From Epiperipatus broadwayi (Eukaryota; Animalia; Onychophora): a stretch of DNA of 64,000 nucleotides. This document shows positions 27,401 through 42,425 of the stretch, one piece after another. The position numbers were made by a program, and so were the translations under genes. Numbering within the stretch: position 1 is the stretch's first letter; each line of letters opens with the position of its first letter. The DNA lies in contig JAQFVV010000005.1 in the NCBI GenBank assembly GCA_028023455.1, forward strand, positions 12,152,001-12,216,000, written 5' to 3'. The notes beneath the pieces were generated by a model. That model saw nothing but the letters and a program-made list of their open reading frames with translations, had not been told where the DNA came from and did not search any database.

Positions 27401-29767
27401 CTCTTTTCCAAAATCAGTCTATTTTATTAACTTTTTAGAAGCAAGCAAATTGTTTATCTAATACTCATATTAATGCTATATAAGTGTTTAACTTCATAAA
27501 AAATTGATTATTGCATCTCTTAGTGGCATGACTTGCTACTTTATCTAGTTTGTATTAAACACTAAAGTTTCAATTTTTAGTTAGGAGCAAACCTCAACTA
27601 ACAAATAAAGTTAAGAATTACTGATATCATGAGAATCATTTGCTGCATGGTATAGAAACCATTAAATTCTACATAATATTTACTAGGCACACTGAAAATA
27701 ATGTTCACAGGTGATTCAATTATCTACTCGGGACATTTTATGACTGAATAAGATGAGGTTGAAAACAAGGACAAATAAAACTTAATGCAATCTGTCTCCA
27801 ATATAAAATATAACAACAAGTATTACATTTATACCCAAGTCTAACTAATAATGTACTTATACACCATTATTCTCCTGAGAACTTTATTCGTATTATAATT
27901 ACAACAATTATAATTATATAAAAAATAAATAATTTTATAAATTAAGAATAAAATTCAGGAGACAATCACTTTAAACAGGTAATTCTCAAACTCTATGCAC
28001 AATCAAAAGCATTTTATTTAGGCATCTTGCATTTTTTGAAATGGCTTCCGTCGATTATTGGAATTTTACTGGCAATTATTTTAATAAGATACACTTAATA
28101 ATAAATCCACATGATGGAATAATTCATTGGGAAGTTAGAATTCAAAGCACATATTAACAGAATGGTTTTCCAAAGATTTGCAGTAAATTAAAATTACTAA
28201 TATTCCAACTTGCATGGTTGTGGCAATTAATTCTTTACAAAAATTTTATTTAACACATTATAATGTCTGTCATATTTTATGGTTGTAGCATCAATAATTA
28301 TAAATCCTTTATCCTTGAGCTAACATTAGAACTATAGTTTTATCAAAATAAGCCAGTTGATTCTTTGAAAAGCAATAAGTGAATAATATTCTATGCTGCT
28401 GTTAATCATATACATTAAATACAATGGTTTGATAAATCCATTAATTAAGCAAATTGAATTCACAGCTATAGGTTCTCATCTTATGAGATCTAGCAGAGAT
28501 TATACAATCCATTGACTAATCCTCATTAAGATTTAAGCAGTTTTAATATACATTGAAAGTTAATCTGTAATTTGTACAATATTTCTAACATTGACTAAAT
28601 CCATACATTGAGACAATCAAGGTTATTTCAAGTCAGTTATTCCAACTTCAAATAAAAAAAGACAAGTGATTTCTGAAAATATGCAGCAACGTCATAAAAA
28701 CGATTTTATAAATTTCATTGGTGACTTAAAATATTCAAGTTTTATTTTCTTTTAAATAATATTTGATGATAATTCTTATTGCTTTGTAATTTATCTACTT
28801 AGGCTGATGAGAAAAAAAACATTTTTCCAGCTAAGCAAAATGCCTAGTTGATTCCTCTACTCTTACAAATTGGAGATGATGATGAGAAGGCTAATTTTAA
28901 AATTTAATTGGATGTTGTTCTTGATGCACTCTAATTTAGTAAAGACTGATTAAATTTTGACAGAGGATGGTAATATTTGTAGCTTATTATCATGTGGTCT
29001 GTGATATCATCCAATATTGTCCAGAGTTCTTTGTGTTTCAAGATTTTACAGGTAAAATCTGTCCCATTGCTATGGTAATAATCGATATCAGATAAACTTG
29101 AATGTCTAGTTATTTCCAAAAGTGCAAATTTTGATATATTTCATTAAACAGAGATTAAAATTTTAATATTATACTTTAATTTAGATTATTATTGTACAAA
29201 TACAATATATAATTGTTTATTTTACACATAAATAATTTATAACATCGAATATACAACAATAATCTTTGATTATATTTTAAGGTTCTCACAATTTTATTAT
29301 TAAATTTATCTAATTAATAATTTTTAGCTGAATTTTAATAATCAATAACACAAATTCCATTTAATCATTTTACACTAGTAATTTTCTACCTTCACTAAGT
29401 TTTTCAATAGAATGCTTTTATGCACACACATTAACATGTTTAAAAGCAATGTTAAATTTTTTTATCCTAACAATGTAATGTTGGCTGTATAATTCTTATA
29501 ATACAATTACCAAAATAATACTTCAAATATTGTTTTATTGTAGTTGGTTTAATGTATTATCATAGATAGTACTATAAGAGACCTTATAAATTCATTTTTA
29601 AACATATCACCATTAAAAGAAAGCCAATAAAAAAAATTCCAGATTATGGTTATTTTTATTCCATTTGCAAAATATGTTACTATATATATATATATGTAAC
29701 TTTATAAATAAATATTTGAAAATACAGTAATTAAAAGTCTATAAAAATTTATATGTATAACTATAAC

Positions 29768-29806
29768 TTAGAAGTGCTTTCACTACCTTGTAGCTTTGTC
29801 AACTAT
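29768..29806 (-). ncRNA. Hammerhead-like ribozyme, U3-A8 core variant (sense arm)
   Basis: TAG-TTGACAA-A-GCTAC aag GTAGT-GAAA-GCAC-TT-CTA; stem I only 3 bp. Confidence 0.5.
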
Positions 29807-29841
29807 CACATTTAAAATGTCAACTTTCCCATAATTCAATG

Positions 29842-30336
29842 TCAACTTTCCCATAATTCTGTAATCTTAATGTTTGCTGCTTGCTGATTAATTAAATTTT
29901 GCTTGTATTTATATATTAACATCGCCTCTTTAATTTTTCTTTTATTATTATTTCTTTCAGTTTCCAATATTTTTACATTGTTATAATCAAAACCATATAT
30001 ACATGATTTATTATGGTCATAAAAAACAGAAGCTGATAAATTATCACTATTTTTAAAATTTTGTTTAGTATTTTGAACCCTTTTAAATAATAATATGTGC
30101 TCTTTTGTTCTTTTTTCCAATGTGCACCTCGATTCACCTATATATATGCTACCACACCTACATGTCCATTTGTAAATGATACAATTTTTATTTGTCAATA
30201 AAGTTTTATCTTTTGAATTGTTTATTAATTTATTTAATGTAGATGGTGCATAAAATGCAATATCGCATATTCCTTTATAAATTTTCTTAATGAAACTTGC
30301 CTGTTGATTCGATATATATGGTATTGATATCCACAA
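29842..30336 (-). pseudogene. PLE GIY-YIG endonuclease (5'-truncated ORF, uninterrupted domain)
   Basis: IIYKWTCRCGSIYIGESRCTLEKRTKEH...SASVFYDH...KILETERNNNKRKIKEAMLI...LIN. Confidence 0.85.
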
Positions 30337-30634
30337 CTTTTTATCAGAAAAATTAACAATATTATTAATATTTTTATATTTAGAAGTAAAATTTTTAACA
30401 GCTTCTGTTTTTTATGACCATAATAAATCATGTATATATGGTTTTGATTTTGATTATAACAACGTAAAAATATTGGAAACTGAAAGAAATAATAATAAAA
30501 GAAAAATTAAAGAGGTGATGTTAATATATAAATACAAGCAAAATTTAATTAATCGGCAAGCAGCAAACGTTAAGATTACAGAATTATGGGAAAGTTGACA
30601 TTGAATTATGGGAAAGTTGACATTTTAAATGTGA

Positions 30635-30671
30635 TAGTTGACAAAGCTAGAAGGTAGTGAAAGCGCTTCTA
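30635..30671 (+). ncRNA. Hammerhead-like ribozyme, U3-A8 core variant (inverted arm)
   Basis: TAG-TTGACAA-A-GCTA gaagg TAGT-GAAA-GCGC-TT-CTA; palindromic AAGCGCTT. Confidence 0.5.
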
Positions 30672-33469
30672 AGTTATAGTTATACATATAAATTTTTATA
30701 GACTTTTAATTACTGTATTTTCAAATATTTATTTATAAAGTTACATATATTATTTTGAAGAAATACAGACATCGATTTGTAATATTAATATATATATATA
30801 TATACACACACATACACAATATTTTTTAACTGTCAATTGATATGTAGAATATTATACTTTTGAATTACACTGAATGAATCTTTTATATTTGGATTTATAC
30901 TTATTGTATTATTATTTGTAATGGCAAGACAATTATTTGAAATCCAATGTATTATTTAATAAGGTTTTGTTTGTGTGATTAGTTGACCATAATATCTGAT
31001 ACATGCTTGTAATATAGTTTTATTAAAATATTACATCTAATTGGATTTTCATATTTACTATTCCCCGTATACAATCTCACACACATTCATGTACTATGCA
31101 TATACATATATACCCTTGCATGTAAACACAATTTCTATTAAATTCATAGGATAATAAATCATAAATCTGTAAAATGTGTAGTTGATTTGTTTCTATATAA
31201 TAAGTATTGTCAGTATATCTCTTAATATTTTATCAGTGATTTTGTTATTGGGACTCAAACTTTATCTTAATTTATTAATCATACTTGGAGCATCAAATAA
31301 ATTATTTTAATTATAATGTTTCTGAAAAGTTAATCAAATACTATTTACTGACTTTTAACTTTATTTGGTTTAAGCATCCTAAATGCATTTGAAATTGTGA
31401 CTAGAACCCACCATCAATATAGCTAAGATTTAATAAAAAATACTGCAAAAATAAAGTAATACGGGACTGAATGTGAATTTTTATGTTGTAATAAAATATA
31501 TGAATATTAGAGGAATTTCTAGTTAATCATTATTTATCTCCGATCTAGTAAAAATATATTAATGAATAATTATTAGTTTAAATCTGTTTATAAGCATGTA
31601 TAGTGAGAGATTACTGTGTTGTTTTCTTCAGCAAACCATAATTTAATCAGCAATAATTTTAAAGTAATAATTTTATAATAATCACTTCAAGCATATTTTT
31701 GTAATCTCTGGTCATGCTATTAAAAATTGTATGTTAATTAAAACAGTTATTTCCACTTTATTTAAAATATATTTTTAAAGTGGTAAATGTATAAATTATG
31801 AATGGAGTTAAATTGCACTGCATAGACAAATTAGATTAAGAGTGTATCTAATAAGTTTCAAATTGAGTGAACTGCACTTTTGTTTTTTAAGATATTATTG
31901 ATAAAAATGGATGGCTGTCAATTCAGGTTATAGTAGTTATATCTGAAACTTATTCTTATGTAATGGATTAGTGAAATGATTCTAATACTATTTGGGACTC
32001 CAGACCACTTTCATTATTTGTTTAAATATTGTGATAGATGAACAATTCCTATTGTACATATTTTATTTTTATACGTTGTATAGCGATACATTTGCGATTG
32101 CCATTCACTCATGCAATGTCAAATATTCTAACATGGTAGAAGTTGAATTCCTACCTAAGGCATATAATTCACACGTATTTGCTCTTATGTATCAATTATT
32201 GTAGTACAGATTTGATTTCCTGTATTTTATAATTATTTTAATTGCTTGCTAATATCATAACCTGAAATTGAGCACATAGTCAATTAATTAAATCATTCTG
32301 AATTGATAATATTGTATTATTCTCATTTGGCAGGGTTGTTTAGTCGTAGAATAATGATAATAAGAGGTATGAGTAGATAGAAGTCTATGCAGTAGATTGG
32401 GGTTCATTCAAAAATGTCTAATGATAAAAATATTCTAAATTATCAAATCTCAATTGTTTAAAGATATTTAAGTTACCATATGCTATATCTGTACCTGAAA
32501 TAATACTAATAAGATTTATAAAGATCGAGTTACCATTAATTAATTTATACAGTAATTGTGTTAAATTGTTTTTGTCTCATTATTTTTGGATGTTAGTCAT
32601 CATTATTTGCAATCAATAACTTAAGTAAAATAGTTCTTGTTTCTCCCTGACCTTAGCAGATTGTAAAGGAAAAAAATTATTAATCTGTGAAATCACAATG
32701 TGGATTGCTCTCAGGTGATTTGCACAATTCTGTTTGTTACAGTATATATATTATAGATACATACATGTGCATTTTCTAAAAGAACGCAATAGACCCATTA
32801 ATCTGAAGAATGCATCCACATATATATGTAAATTCTTTTTACTTATTTACTTTCCTTTATAATAATATTTTTTATTATTCCAACAGGTGGTACCACTTTG
32901 TAAATTATTTATTATAAATGCAAGGATGAAATGTACTGCAAATGACCATTTTTCAATCTTGTTCACAACATTATATAACCTTCCTCCCCCTTTAAAGGAT
33001 AAGACAATAAAAAATTAAATATCTATCTCATTCTATAATTTTTATAAATTATTTTACAGTGATGTTTTACACATTCAGGAAGAGAACAGGGTTGAAAAAT
33101 GTTGAATATGTTTTCCAGATATAGTCTATATAGGAATATTTGAATTAACCGATGATAAGCTATTTAATCCATGCAATTGCACCTGTCCCCATTGATATCA
33201 GTCAATCACAAGCAATCTAATGAGTACCAAAGCTGAAACACAGCAAAGTCACATCTGATCATGTATAAATTTAAAGCTTCAACTGCACACTTAAATGAAA
33301 CTAATGTCCACGAAAACTTCATATATAATTATTTACAAAAATACACCGAATCATTAACTGGTATGCATAGATAAACTCATGCTATATCTACTAAGATAGT
33401 ATCTGTAATAAAAGGGATCATTTCTTTTGAAAAATATGGCATGAGTTATCACCATTATATTCTATAAAT

Positions 33470-33612
33470 GCAAAACTCTCTGAATCTAGTCTGAGAATAT
33501 GGAATGAGTAGGTACTAGATAAGAATTTTATACACAAATTTTCTTGCATCCATTGATTACTATGGTTGGCACAGGGTGGCACTACTGTATGGAGAGTTTG
33601 CTACTGTTTTAA
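33470..33612 (+). mobile_element. Family A fragment starting at the HHR helix III
   Basis: CTAGTCTGAGAATATGGAATGAGTAGG...GGAGAGTTTGCTACTGTTTTAA, preceded by the inverted piece GCAAAACTCTC. Confidence 0.7.
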
Positions 33613-36600
33613 GTAGAATTATATAATTTCAAATTACATTGGATTCTAATAAACATAAATGTCAAAGAAATAGCTATGAATAGGGTCCAAAAAAATGCTA
33701 AAAAGAAAACTATTATGCTGGATGTTTTAATATATTGGGGAAAATATGAAAGAATCCCTGATGTAATGCAAGCCCAAAGATTATGGGAAATTAAATCCCA
33801 GAATTTAAATGATCAGATAGAAATATAGAAGCTGGAAGATTTATTTTATTCATACTTATTTTGTTACACATAACTTGATTTTTAGACTATTCTACAATAA
33901 TTTTTTTAAATCAAAAAATTTAATGTTTGGAAGTAAAGTGGGGATTAGATACTTATTACATTTATTTCTAGTATTAGATGAAGATAAAAGCAATTGTAAT
34001 TAGGTGGAATATTATGTAGTCAGAAAGGTTATTAAGAGGCTAAGAATGAAAATTTTTTATTACGTTTACTGAAATAAAAATGTGTTCTGTATAAGATGGG
34101 AGAATATCATGTTTTTAACACAGCAATATTAATAAGGATTTGATACAAAATATAATTTATATCTACCAATTTTCTTACAACTGTGATTTTATATTGTTCA
34201 AAGTATGGATAATCTGTTAAATTTTATTGATCGCTTATAAATTTTGGTTTTGAAAAATTTATAGTAAATTGGGATGCTACAATCACCCAAAAAATTCTTT
34301 ATATAAGTTTTTGTTTGAGTGGGGGGGGGGGATCTTCTGATATATTTTCAAAGTAAGAAATGGGTTCTATTTGCAAAGATTTAGATCTAAATAAAGACAT
34401 ATATTTTACCTTTTTTGGCAGTATAAATAGGAATTATGTTCTCTTGAGAGATATAAGGAATAAGTATATTATCCTTAATTACCACTTTTACAAGAGGGTG
34501 AATGCAAGAGACTTTACTTGAAGCTTGCATGTGATTTGGTATCTACCAAAGATACCATTAGGAGCATTACGAGTCAGTTTAAATAAGGATAGAAATATTA
34601 TTTTTAATTACAATTAATATCTGTCAAAATATTTTCTTGAATATACCTTCATGCAAAGTGGGATAATTAGTAAGAATATATTTATTGAGAGTTATAATGG
34701 TACATTGAATATCACAATCTTTATATAAAAACACCATTTTTATTTCCTCATGGAGAAGAAACATCAACTCTTACAGTGCTATTAACATTTTATGTATATA
34801 AGTGAGAGGAGTGGATTGTAGAATATCCAAAATAAATTCAAGTAGATGTGAAATATTGTCAACACAGAGATTTAAGTTGCTGTAATTATTGTGAGAGAAA
34901 AAAATGTTCTTACAAGTGGTAGATCTGTTATGTAAAATATCAACAACAAAGAACTGATCATTAATAATAAGCTGACAATTATCTTAATTGATCATTATTA
35001 TCCAAACAAAGATTGAGATATATATTTTGTTCTGCAGGAATTGAGATTTTATTATGATTTAAGCATTTATATGAACTCATTCCTATTATTCAAAATAAAC
35101 TAGCATCCATTTTATGCTAGCTTCATAATAAAAGAGAAATAATAATAATCTTGACATTTACTAGGACATCTGAAATATGATAAAAGATCCAAAATTATTG
35201 TAAAACAAATGTTACAAGTAATTCAGTATAATAAAAAATAGGAACCTGTGGTTAAATGATTAGAAGTTTTATGCAGCTCATTCAGTTAAAGTTGTAAAGT
35301 AAATAATGTGTTATAATTCATTTATGTGCATTTAAGAACAATGTACTTTTAAAAAACAATTTATAGTTTTACTATCACTTTGTAACAACTTATGGCATTT
35401 GGTCTGCTAATAATACAAATATACAGAGTCAGGTTAGCTTCAATTACTATCAAAAACATAAAATATTATTATGCATATCTTTAATAGCAAAAAGGCATCT
35501 ATATTAGTGTCAATATTTGAAGAACAATATGGTATATAATTAGGTTTGCTCATGATATGAATTAAAAATTAAATTCTTGAGAGATATTGCATCAAATAAA
35601 GTACTAAATTGAATGTTTATATATATATTGAATATAATATTTTCATGAAGTTTGTTTACATAATGTTCAGCATTTCTCAAAACTGGCACATCTCTAGTCA
35701 CTTTCTACAGATCGTGTGATATCTGTATTTTGCAGGTCAGAAGTGTAAAAATCTCACATTTGTTTCTCCATACATTGTCCATAGATTAAAATACTAGAAA
35801 ACAGAGTTAACTTTCTTTTAAAATAGTCTGAAGTGATACAACACAAAGCTTACCGTTCATCTGCTATTTAATAAGCACAATATTCATTTACAGCCTTATA
35901 ATGTATACATTACATTGCAATCTATATTTACATTCTAAGAAGATAGATAGATTTATAAGTTTTCTATTAAATTCTTCAATCCTGTCATTATACACATAGA
36001 TTGGAGTAATTAATCATGTGATTAATATTTTATGCAGTTGCTCACATAAGTCAGATGCTTCATTTATTGATAAGATTCCAATAACATCTTAGAATATCAA
36101 ATATAGCTATTTTACTATTGGAATGGGTAAATAAAATGTTTAAGGCACCACCATCTAGTTTTTTATGTAATTCTTTGGCTGTTTCAAAAGTTTTTTGGTT
36201 GAATATTCAGAAAGAGAATCATTATTTAGACAGATCATATTTAATGAAACTTTATCTAGAATTTGTGATAAATTTGATTTGCCAAATAGCTTTCTGAGCA
36301 CACTATAAAATACTGAAAATGAGTGTTGTTGAAGTATTCAATTATATTTCTTCAAGTTTAAAGTGAGAACCTTTTTTCTAAATATGAGCAATAATGTATG
36401 CTAGTTTTGTGGAAGCAGTTTTATAAACAATTTGTATCAAATCTCAATGTCATGCCAATCAACTTTCTAAGGATAATTACTCAAAGACATTAATTTAAAT
36501 CTAACCTTGGATCAATAACGAACATATTTTAGACTTTGATATAAGGTTAATCTTTAGCACCATGATATTTGGACATGTTTTAGTCTATTGCAGAAACTTA

Positions 36601-37317
36601 CATTCAGAGTAGATGTTTTTTGTTAACTGAAATCTTTACAGGATTAGACATAAAAAACCTAAGTCAATGTAAAAGATTTCCAACCTTTTTATGTCTGTAT
36701 TAAAAAAGTTTTTCTATTTTTGAGAGCCACTATGATATTAATTAATGAAAAAAAGATAATCTGTTAAAACTTTGGGTTCAATGAAAAATGTAAATTTCAA
36801 TTTTCATAAAATATATTTCCACACATAAAAAAAAATATCCATAAATAAAATATAATTAAACTGAAATGATTAATGTATTACATGCTTTGAACAAAGATGC
36901 ATAACAGATTACTTATTTACACATGAAGATTTTTGTAAAGTTTTTTACCAATCATGTTGTGTATATAAACAAAGTTTTAATATTTATATATGTATTGTGG
37001 TGGTTATTAATCCTTTTGAAGTCAAAAACACTTCAGATCTTAAAAATTTTTGCAATAAGACTAAAATCCATAACAAGGTGATTCCATCATAAAAAAATAA
37101 AAATATGCATAAAAATACTATTTAATAATAATTATAGATTACAAAATGAAAATTTAATTTAAAAAAATCATTATTATATTTGTAAAATTGAAATGTAAAT
37201 GAATCTATTTCGTTCTATTATGATAAAGAATTATTTCCAATATAATAAATTTCAATTGATAATTAAAACATTTAATAAAAATTGAAAATAATAATGATTA
37301 ATTATTTATTAGTAATA

Positions 37318-37722
37318 TATATATTTTCTTCTGAATTGAATATAATATAATCAATTTTATAGACAACTTTATGTTTAAATAATAAATTTATTTTCATCAA
37401 ACCGATTTTCGTTCAAAATTGAACCTTGTCAAGATGTCATAATAATTCAAAATGTCACGTGATTTACATATTATCTTAGCACATCATCTACCGGTCAATC
37501 TTAACTTTAAAAATGTTTTTATATTTTCCGATTTTTATTTAATGTCCATTTTCCCCACAACTTAGATAATATGTAAATCATGTGACATTTTGAATTATTA
37601 TAATATCTTGACAAGGTTCAATTTTGAACGAAAATCGGTTTGATGAAAATAAATTTATTATTTAAACATAAAGTTGTCTATAAAATTGATTATATTATAT
37701 TCAATTCAGAAGAAAGTATATA
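37318..37722. mobile_element. MITE / fold-back with about 160-bp near-perfect inverted arms
   Basis: TATATA(T/C)TTTCTTCTGAATTG...CAATTCAGAAGAAAGTATATA with TA-rich termini and an about 85-bp spacer. Confidence 0.8.
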
Positions 37723-38429
37723 AGAAAGACCACATAATGGTTTTATAAAAATACCATCAAGTGAAATATTTATATATTGTACCCCTCCTTCACTGAATAA
37801 CTACTGAACAAAAATAATCCGGCTGAGATAACAACAATGTATAGAAATTAAGTTGCATAAATGCTAACTATTAAAATTATACATCATAAAGACTAGCTCA
37901 AACATAATATCTAATAAAATAATATTTTTCACTTAGGTGTACATATTCCTAAGGTTTACAACCTTAGTAAATATTACTTAATAATTCAAGACAATCGTAA
38001 AATAATAAAATATTATAACACTTAGTTTTTAAATAACTAATTAGGGTTCTAAACTATACTACTTAATGAACTCATTTACAAAGAAATCTAATTTATATCT
38101 AACTCACTATTGTAAATAATTTAAGGTTCTGCCAAAATAATAAATATAATTATAAAATTTCTAACATGAGACGTTCAGTAAGATACACTAGGTAAAAACA
38201 TTAAGAATACATCCCAAAGAATACACCCTCAATGGCATAAGAGCATCACTCCCACCAAACTCATATAATAGAAGCTACTATGTAATACTCTCATATTTTT
38301 AAAATACACCTGTAATTACCCCAAACATAATTTATGAATTATTTACTAAAACATAATAAATTATTTAATAATAACAATCTCCCAGAATAACACTAATAAT
38401 AATAGAAAAAATCATAATACTAATAATAA

Positions 38430-38538
38430 TAGCTTTTGGGAGCAGTTGTGCCGCACACGCAAGCTTGAATATTAGTATTTTTTGGGAGCAGTTGCACCAC
38501 ACACGCACTCGTGCTTGAATACATATATTTCCCAAAAG
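38430..38538 (+). repeat. Two tandem copies of the family B tail
   Basis: TTTTGGGAGCAGTTG...GCTTGAATA twice, ending in TCCCAAAAG as at 8594. Confidence 0.65.
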
Positions 38539-41500
38539 TAAAATTATTTGACTTAATCGAATAATACTAATAATAAAAGTAATAATGATAATCATCTCAG
38601 GTTCATCTCTTAACAAATTAATAAACAAATCAATGTTAATACTCTGTTGTTAAATACAATATATCAGATTTTATATGACATTTAACTACTACTACAAAAT
38701 AATAACTTCAATAAGCAACTAAATATTCTCATGACTCTCAAAACAATAATCTATCTAATGGTTAAAATTCAGGAATAATATAATAAAATATGATAAATTT
38801 TAAGTGGATGTATTGTATAATTTTCCCATGTTTAACGTGGCATTCTTAATGAAAAATATAATATCCTAATATTATTGTGGCAATATCAAGCATTTCTCAT
38901 AGGTATGGTATCAATTCAAAAATAATTAATAATGATTAAATCCTTTAAGATGACAATAAAATATATTTGGTTCCTTAATCAGATATGATTGAGTAATGTT
39001 TAAGAAAAATCATTATAACCCTTGTGCTTGAATAAATAATATATAACTGATTATTAACTCCCATGGATCATGCATACAATGCGATAAATCAACAATTAAC
39101 ATGCAAATAAATCACAACAGGACTATTGTAATTTTAATAAAATTTATTAACAAGTTAACAATAAATTTTATAATATAACAAATTAAAATATTTATAAAGG
39201 AAAGTATATTTACATTATAGCACAAATTAAAGAAAATATTTACAACAAGATGGCATAAGAATATAAAATTTAAAATCAGAAAATAGCCTTCACTCTGGCT
39301 ATTCTTCAAAATATAGTACAAGAAAATGAAAACTTTTATTTTACTATGGTATAACCTATTTAAAATGTAAATATTCCAATGCATGTTTACAATTTAATAA
39401 CATCTTTAAAACATAAGTAGAATATTAAAGAAAATTAATTAAAAATTTTATTTTAGTTTTGTGAAGTATTGCAATATTTAATTGTCAGAAAAATACCTTA
39501 ATGAAACATAAATATCTCCCTTCAAGGAAAATTTATTTATTATGCAAGAAAAATATTCGGAAGTAAGTTTTATAAATCTATGACTTAACTAAAAGTAACT
39601 TAACAGTAAAAAAATTTTAAGAAAATTAATTATAAATTGGATTGCTTGAGGTTATTTGACTTTCGTCTTGATATTCTTTTACACATCATATCATTTCCAA
39701 TCTCATATTTACTTTACCCACATTCATTCGAATATGCATTGACTAACAAGTGATCTCTAATATTTTCATATAGGTTTTGTTTTATTCTTGTATTGAACAT
39801 TACTGAATTCACTAAGCATCTCAACATAATTTGAAGAAAAATCTTTGCGTACTACATCTTGCCCTCTCAAAAATTAATTACTTCAAAATGATTCAGTCAT
39901 TATTTTTCCAGCTTAAGCAATCTTTTATGATGACACTTGTGGAAAATGAATAGTGAATATGGGTAGGGCATGGAATAACAATGAGAATGTTCCAAAAGAA
40001 ATATCACCATAGGCACAGTCCAAATCAATGAAGTAGGTCCGTATATCATTGGGCACCTAAGATTAAGTCAAGGTTCTATCATAGCACTTAGACATGGAAG
40101 AAATGCATCTGTCCATAAAATAAATATACAATCTTATGTTATCTGTATACTTCAATAAAATTCAAAATACATGGAACTATAATTCTCTAATAATAACTTT
40201 CAACATGACTCTAGCACCAGGATTTCACAAAAGTAATTACTGTCCTGATTATTATCAATATTTGTCCCCCTATATATTTCATTCAACATCGCAAAATAAT
40301 AAACTAACAATATTCTAAAAATAATTCCTAAAAACAAAATACCATAGGAAACAACAATCCACACAAGATGTTTTTTAAAAGCTTCCATTCTCAAATGATA
40401 TCGACAATCATTCATAACAATGCTATACATCTTACTCATTTATTAAGGAATAATGTAGAGATCAATACTATATTTTTATATAATATTCATTAAAGTAACA
40501 TTTCAACAATTAGACAATGCCATATAATTAAGCATATTCAAAGTGTTCACGTTTTAGCTAAAGAGTAAGGTAAGAAAAATATCCTTATAGGTTTTACAAA
40601 AGCATTTATATGCATTTATTAACACTTATACAAATACTTTACTAATGGTTTATTTTTACATTATTAAAATTAAAACTCAAGCAATGTATATTATAATTTA
40701 GAATGACTATTAATAAAACATATCTTTTTTCAAATATAAGAAAAGAAATAAACCTTTAATCAATCATAATTTAAATTAATCATAATAATAAAAATTACCA
40801 ACGATCTCTTAATATTACAAGGATCATTTACGGCGTTCCACTTCTTCAAAATCATTCATTGAAATAAAAGTTCATTGAAATAAAAGTTATGATTAAAATC
40901 ACTTTCTGAATATTTTTATAAAAATAAATATAATAAAAATTATTATATCTTAAAACTATTTCTTAACCATGACTTAATACTAAAATTAATAATAATAAAC
41001 TTTCAAAAATATCATATTAATTTAATATTTAAAAATAAATAATAAAGATAGTTACGATAAGTCTTTTTTTTTCTTGAATAGCTTGAAATAGGGGCTCTCC
41101 TGTTGCTTAGTTACAGCTGTATAAGTATCTTGTGCACACATTATTTTTCTCCTGGCGCCACGTAAAAAAAAATGTACAAATCAACTTTTAAAATCCATTA
41201 AAACCTAGAATAATCCATGGAAAAATATTAAAAATCCTTTCAGACAAAATGTTAGTTCAGTCCTTTCTGAAATTTTATCCAAAAGATTTGATCCATGTTA
41301 AATAATAGTTTAAAAAAATAATAATCCTTACGTAAGTTTCGGCCGTTGTATAAAGAAATATTTATCACGACGTATATGTTATATATAATGTTCGCATTTT
41401 CAATGATAAATTTATTATAGCACACGTTATAGTTTTAAAGTATTATTTTTTTAAATACTTATATCAGTAGACATTATATAATTTAATACTGTATATTTAT

Positions 41501-42425
41501 TTTCAGTATTCCATATCAAATATTTAGTCAGGAATTCGGGTAATTATCTGTTTTTTAAAAAAAAAAATATGATTTTTTTATCTTTTAGGTGTATATTTTC
41601 AGATATATAATTGTTATCAGTTTAGCATTCTTACAAATATAATTTAAATCGTCTTGTAAAAACGAATTCAGTTTCATTATTTCCAAATAAATTATACCGT
41701 CATTTAATTCATTTATCGATTTAAATAGCCAATAGTTCTTTAAAATATGTAAACAAAGTTCAAAGTATATTTTTCTTTTTTAAAAAATTTGTCTCAAAGA
41801 CCGTTGCTTCCAATTATAAATTCATTCGACTTTTTTTAAAAAAAAGACAAAATCAAATAAAGTCTATAATATCAATCACATTACAAAACAAAAACAGGTA
41901 TTCGTCACTCAATCAGACATTTAAAACTTAATTGTAAAATATGAATGTAAAATCTTAATTTTTTCTTCTTAGAAATTTTAATTTTTAAGATAAAATCTTT
42001 GACGAATTTCCAATTCCTCTCTTGCATTTCAAATAAAGTCTCGACATTATAATCTATAATGTTCTTTTTAAATAAACAGACAGTCTTTTTAAGCATACAA
42101 TTAATTAAATTTACATATTTCTTACGTAATTTTATTCCAGGTATGCGGTAATAATTTTCCTGGCAATTGACATTAATATTCTGAGGTATCAAAATAGTTA
42201 CTATCGTATTCTGCATATTCCTGAAGGTTTTAAGTTAAGTTGAAGTAGACAAAAACTTACAGGGAAACTTTGGTGTTTAGTGATTCATTTTAAAATGCAA
42301 CTATTGTAATTAATCTTTTCACTAAATAAAATAATAAAAATTATCACTGTAAAATTTGTAGATTGTAGAAAAACAATTGCAAAGTGAAGCATAAATAATA
42401 CAAGAGTTATAATATAATGAACCGG

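Larger units (their letters stand above)
29690..30750 (-). mobile_element. Penelope-like element 3' fragment with inverted terminal copy
   Basis: GIY-YIG ORF plus 3' UTR on the minus strand (about 30400-29690). The last about 350 bp are repeated inverted at 30398-30750. Confidence 0.85.

Noticed and set aside
28931-29119. Possible host coding exon (also 25680-26130)
   Set aside because: No recognisable homology or consistent splice chain.
35400-36760. Possible hAT transposase remnant (IDPRL)
   Set aside because: A single short motif in heavily stopped frames.
14447-42216. Numerous 60-130 aa F/I/L/N/K/Y-rich ORFs
   Set aside because: Composition is as expected for random AT-rich DNA, many have non-ATG starts, and no domains are recognisable.
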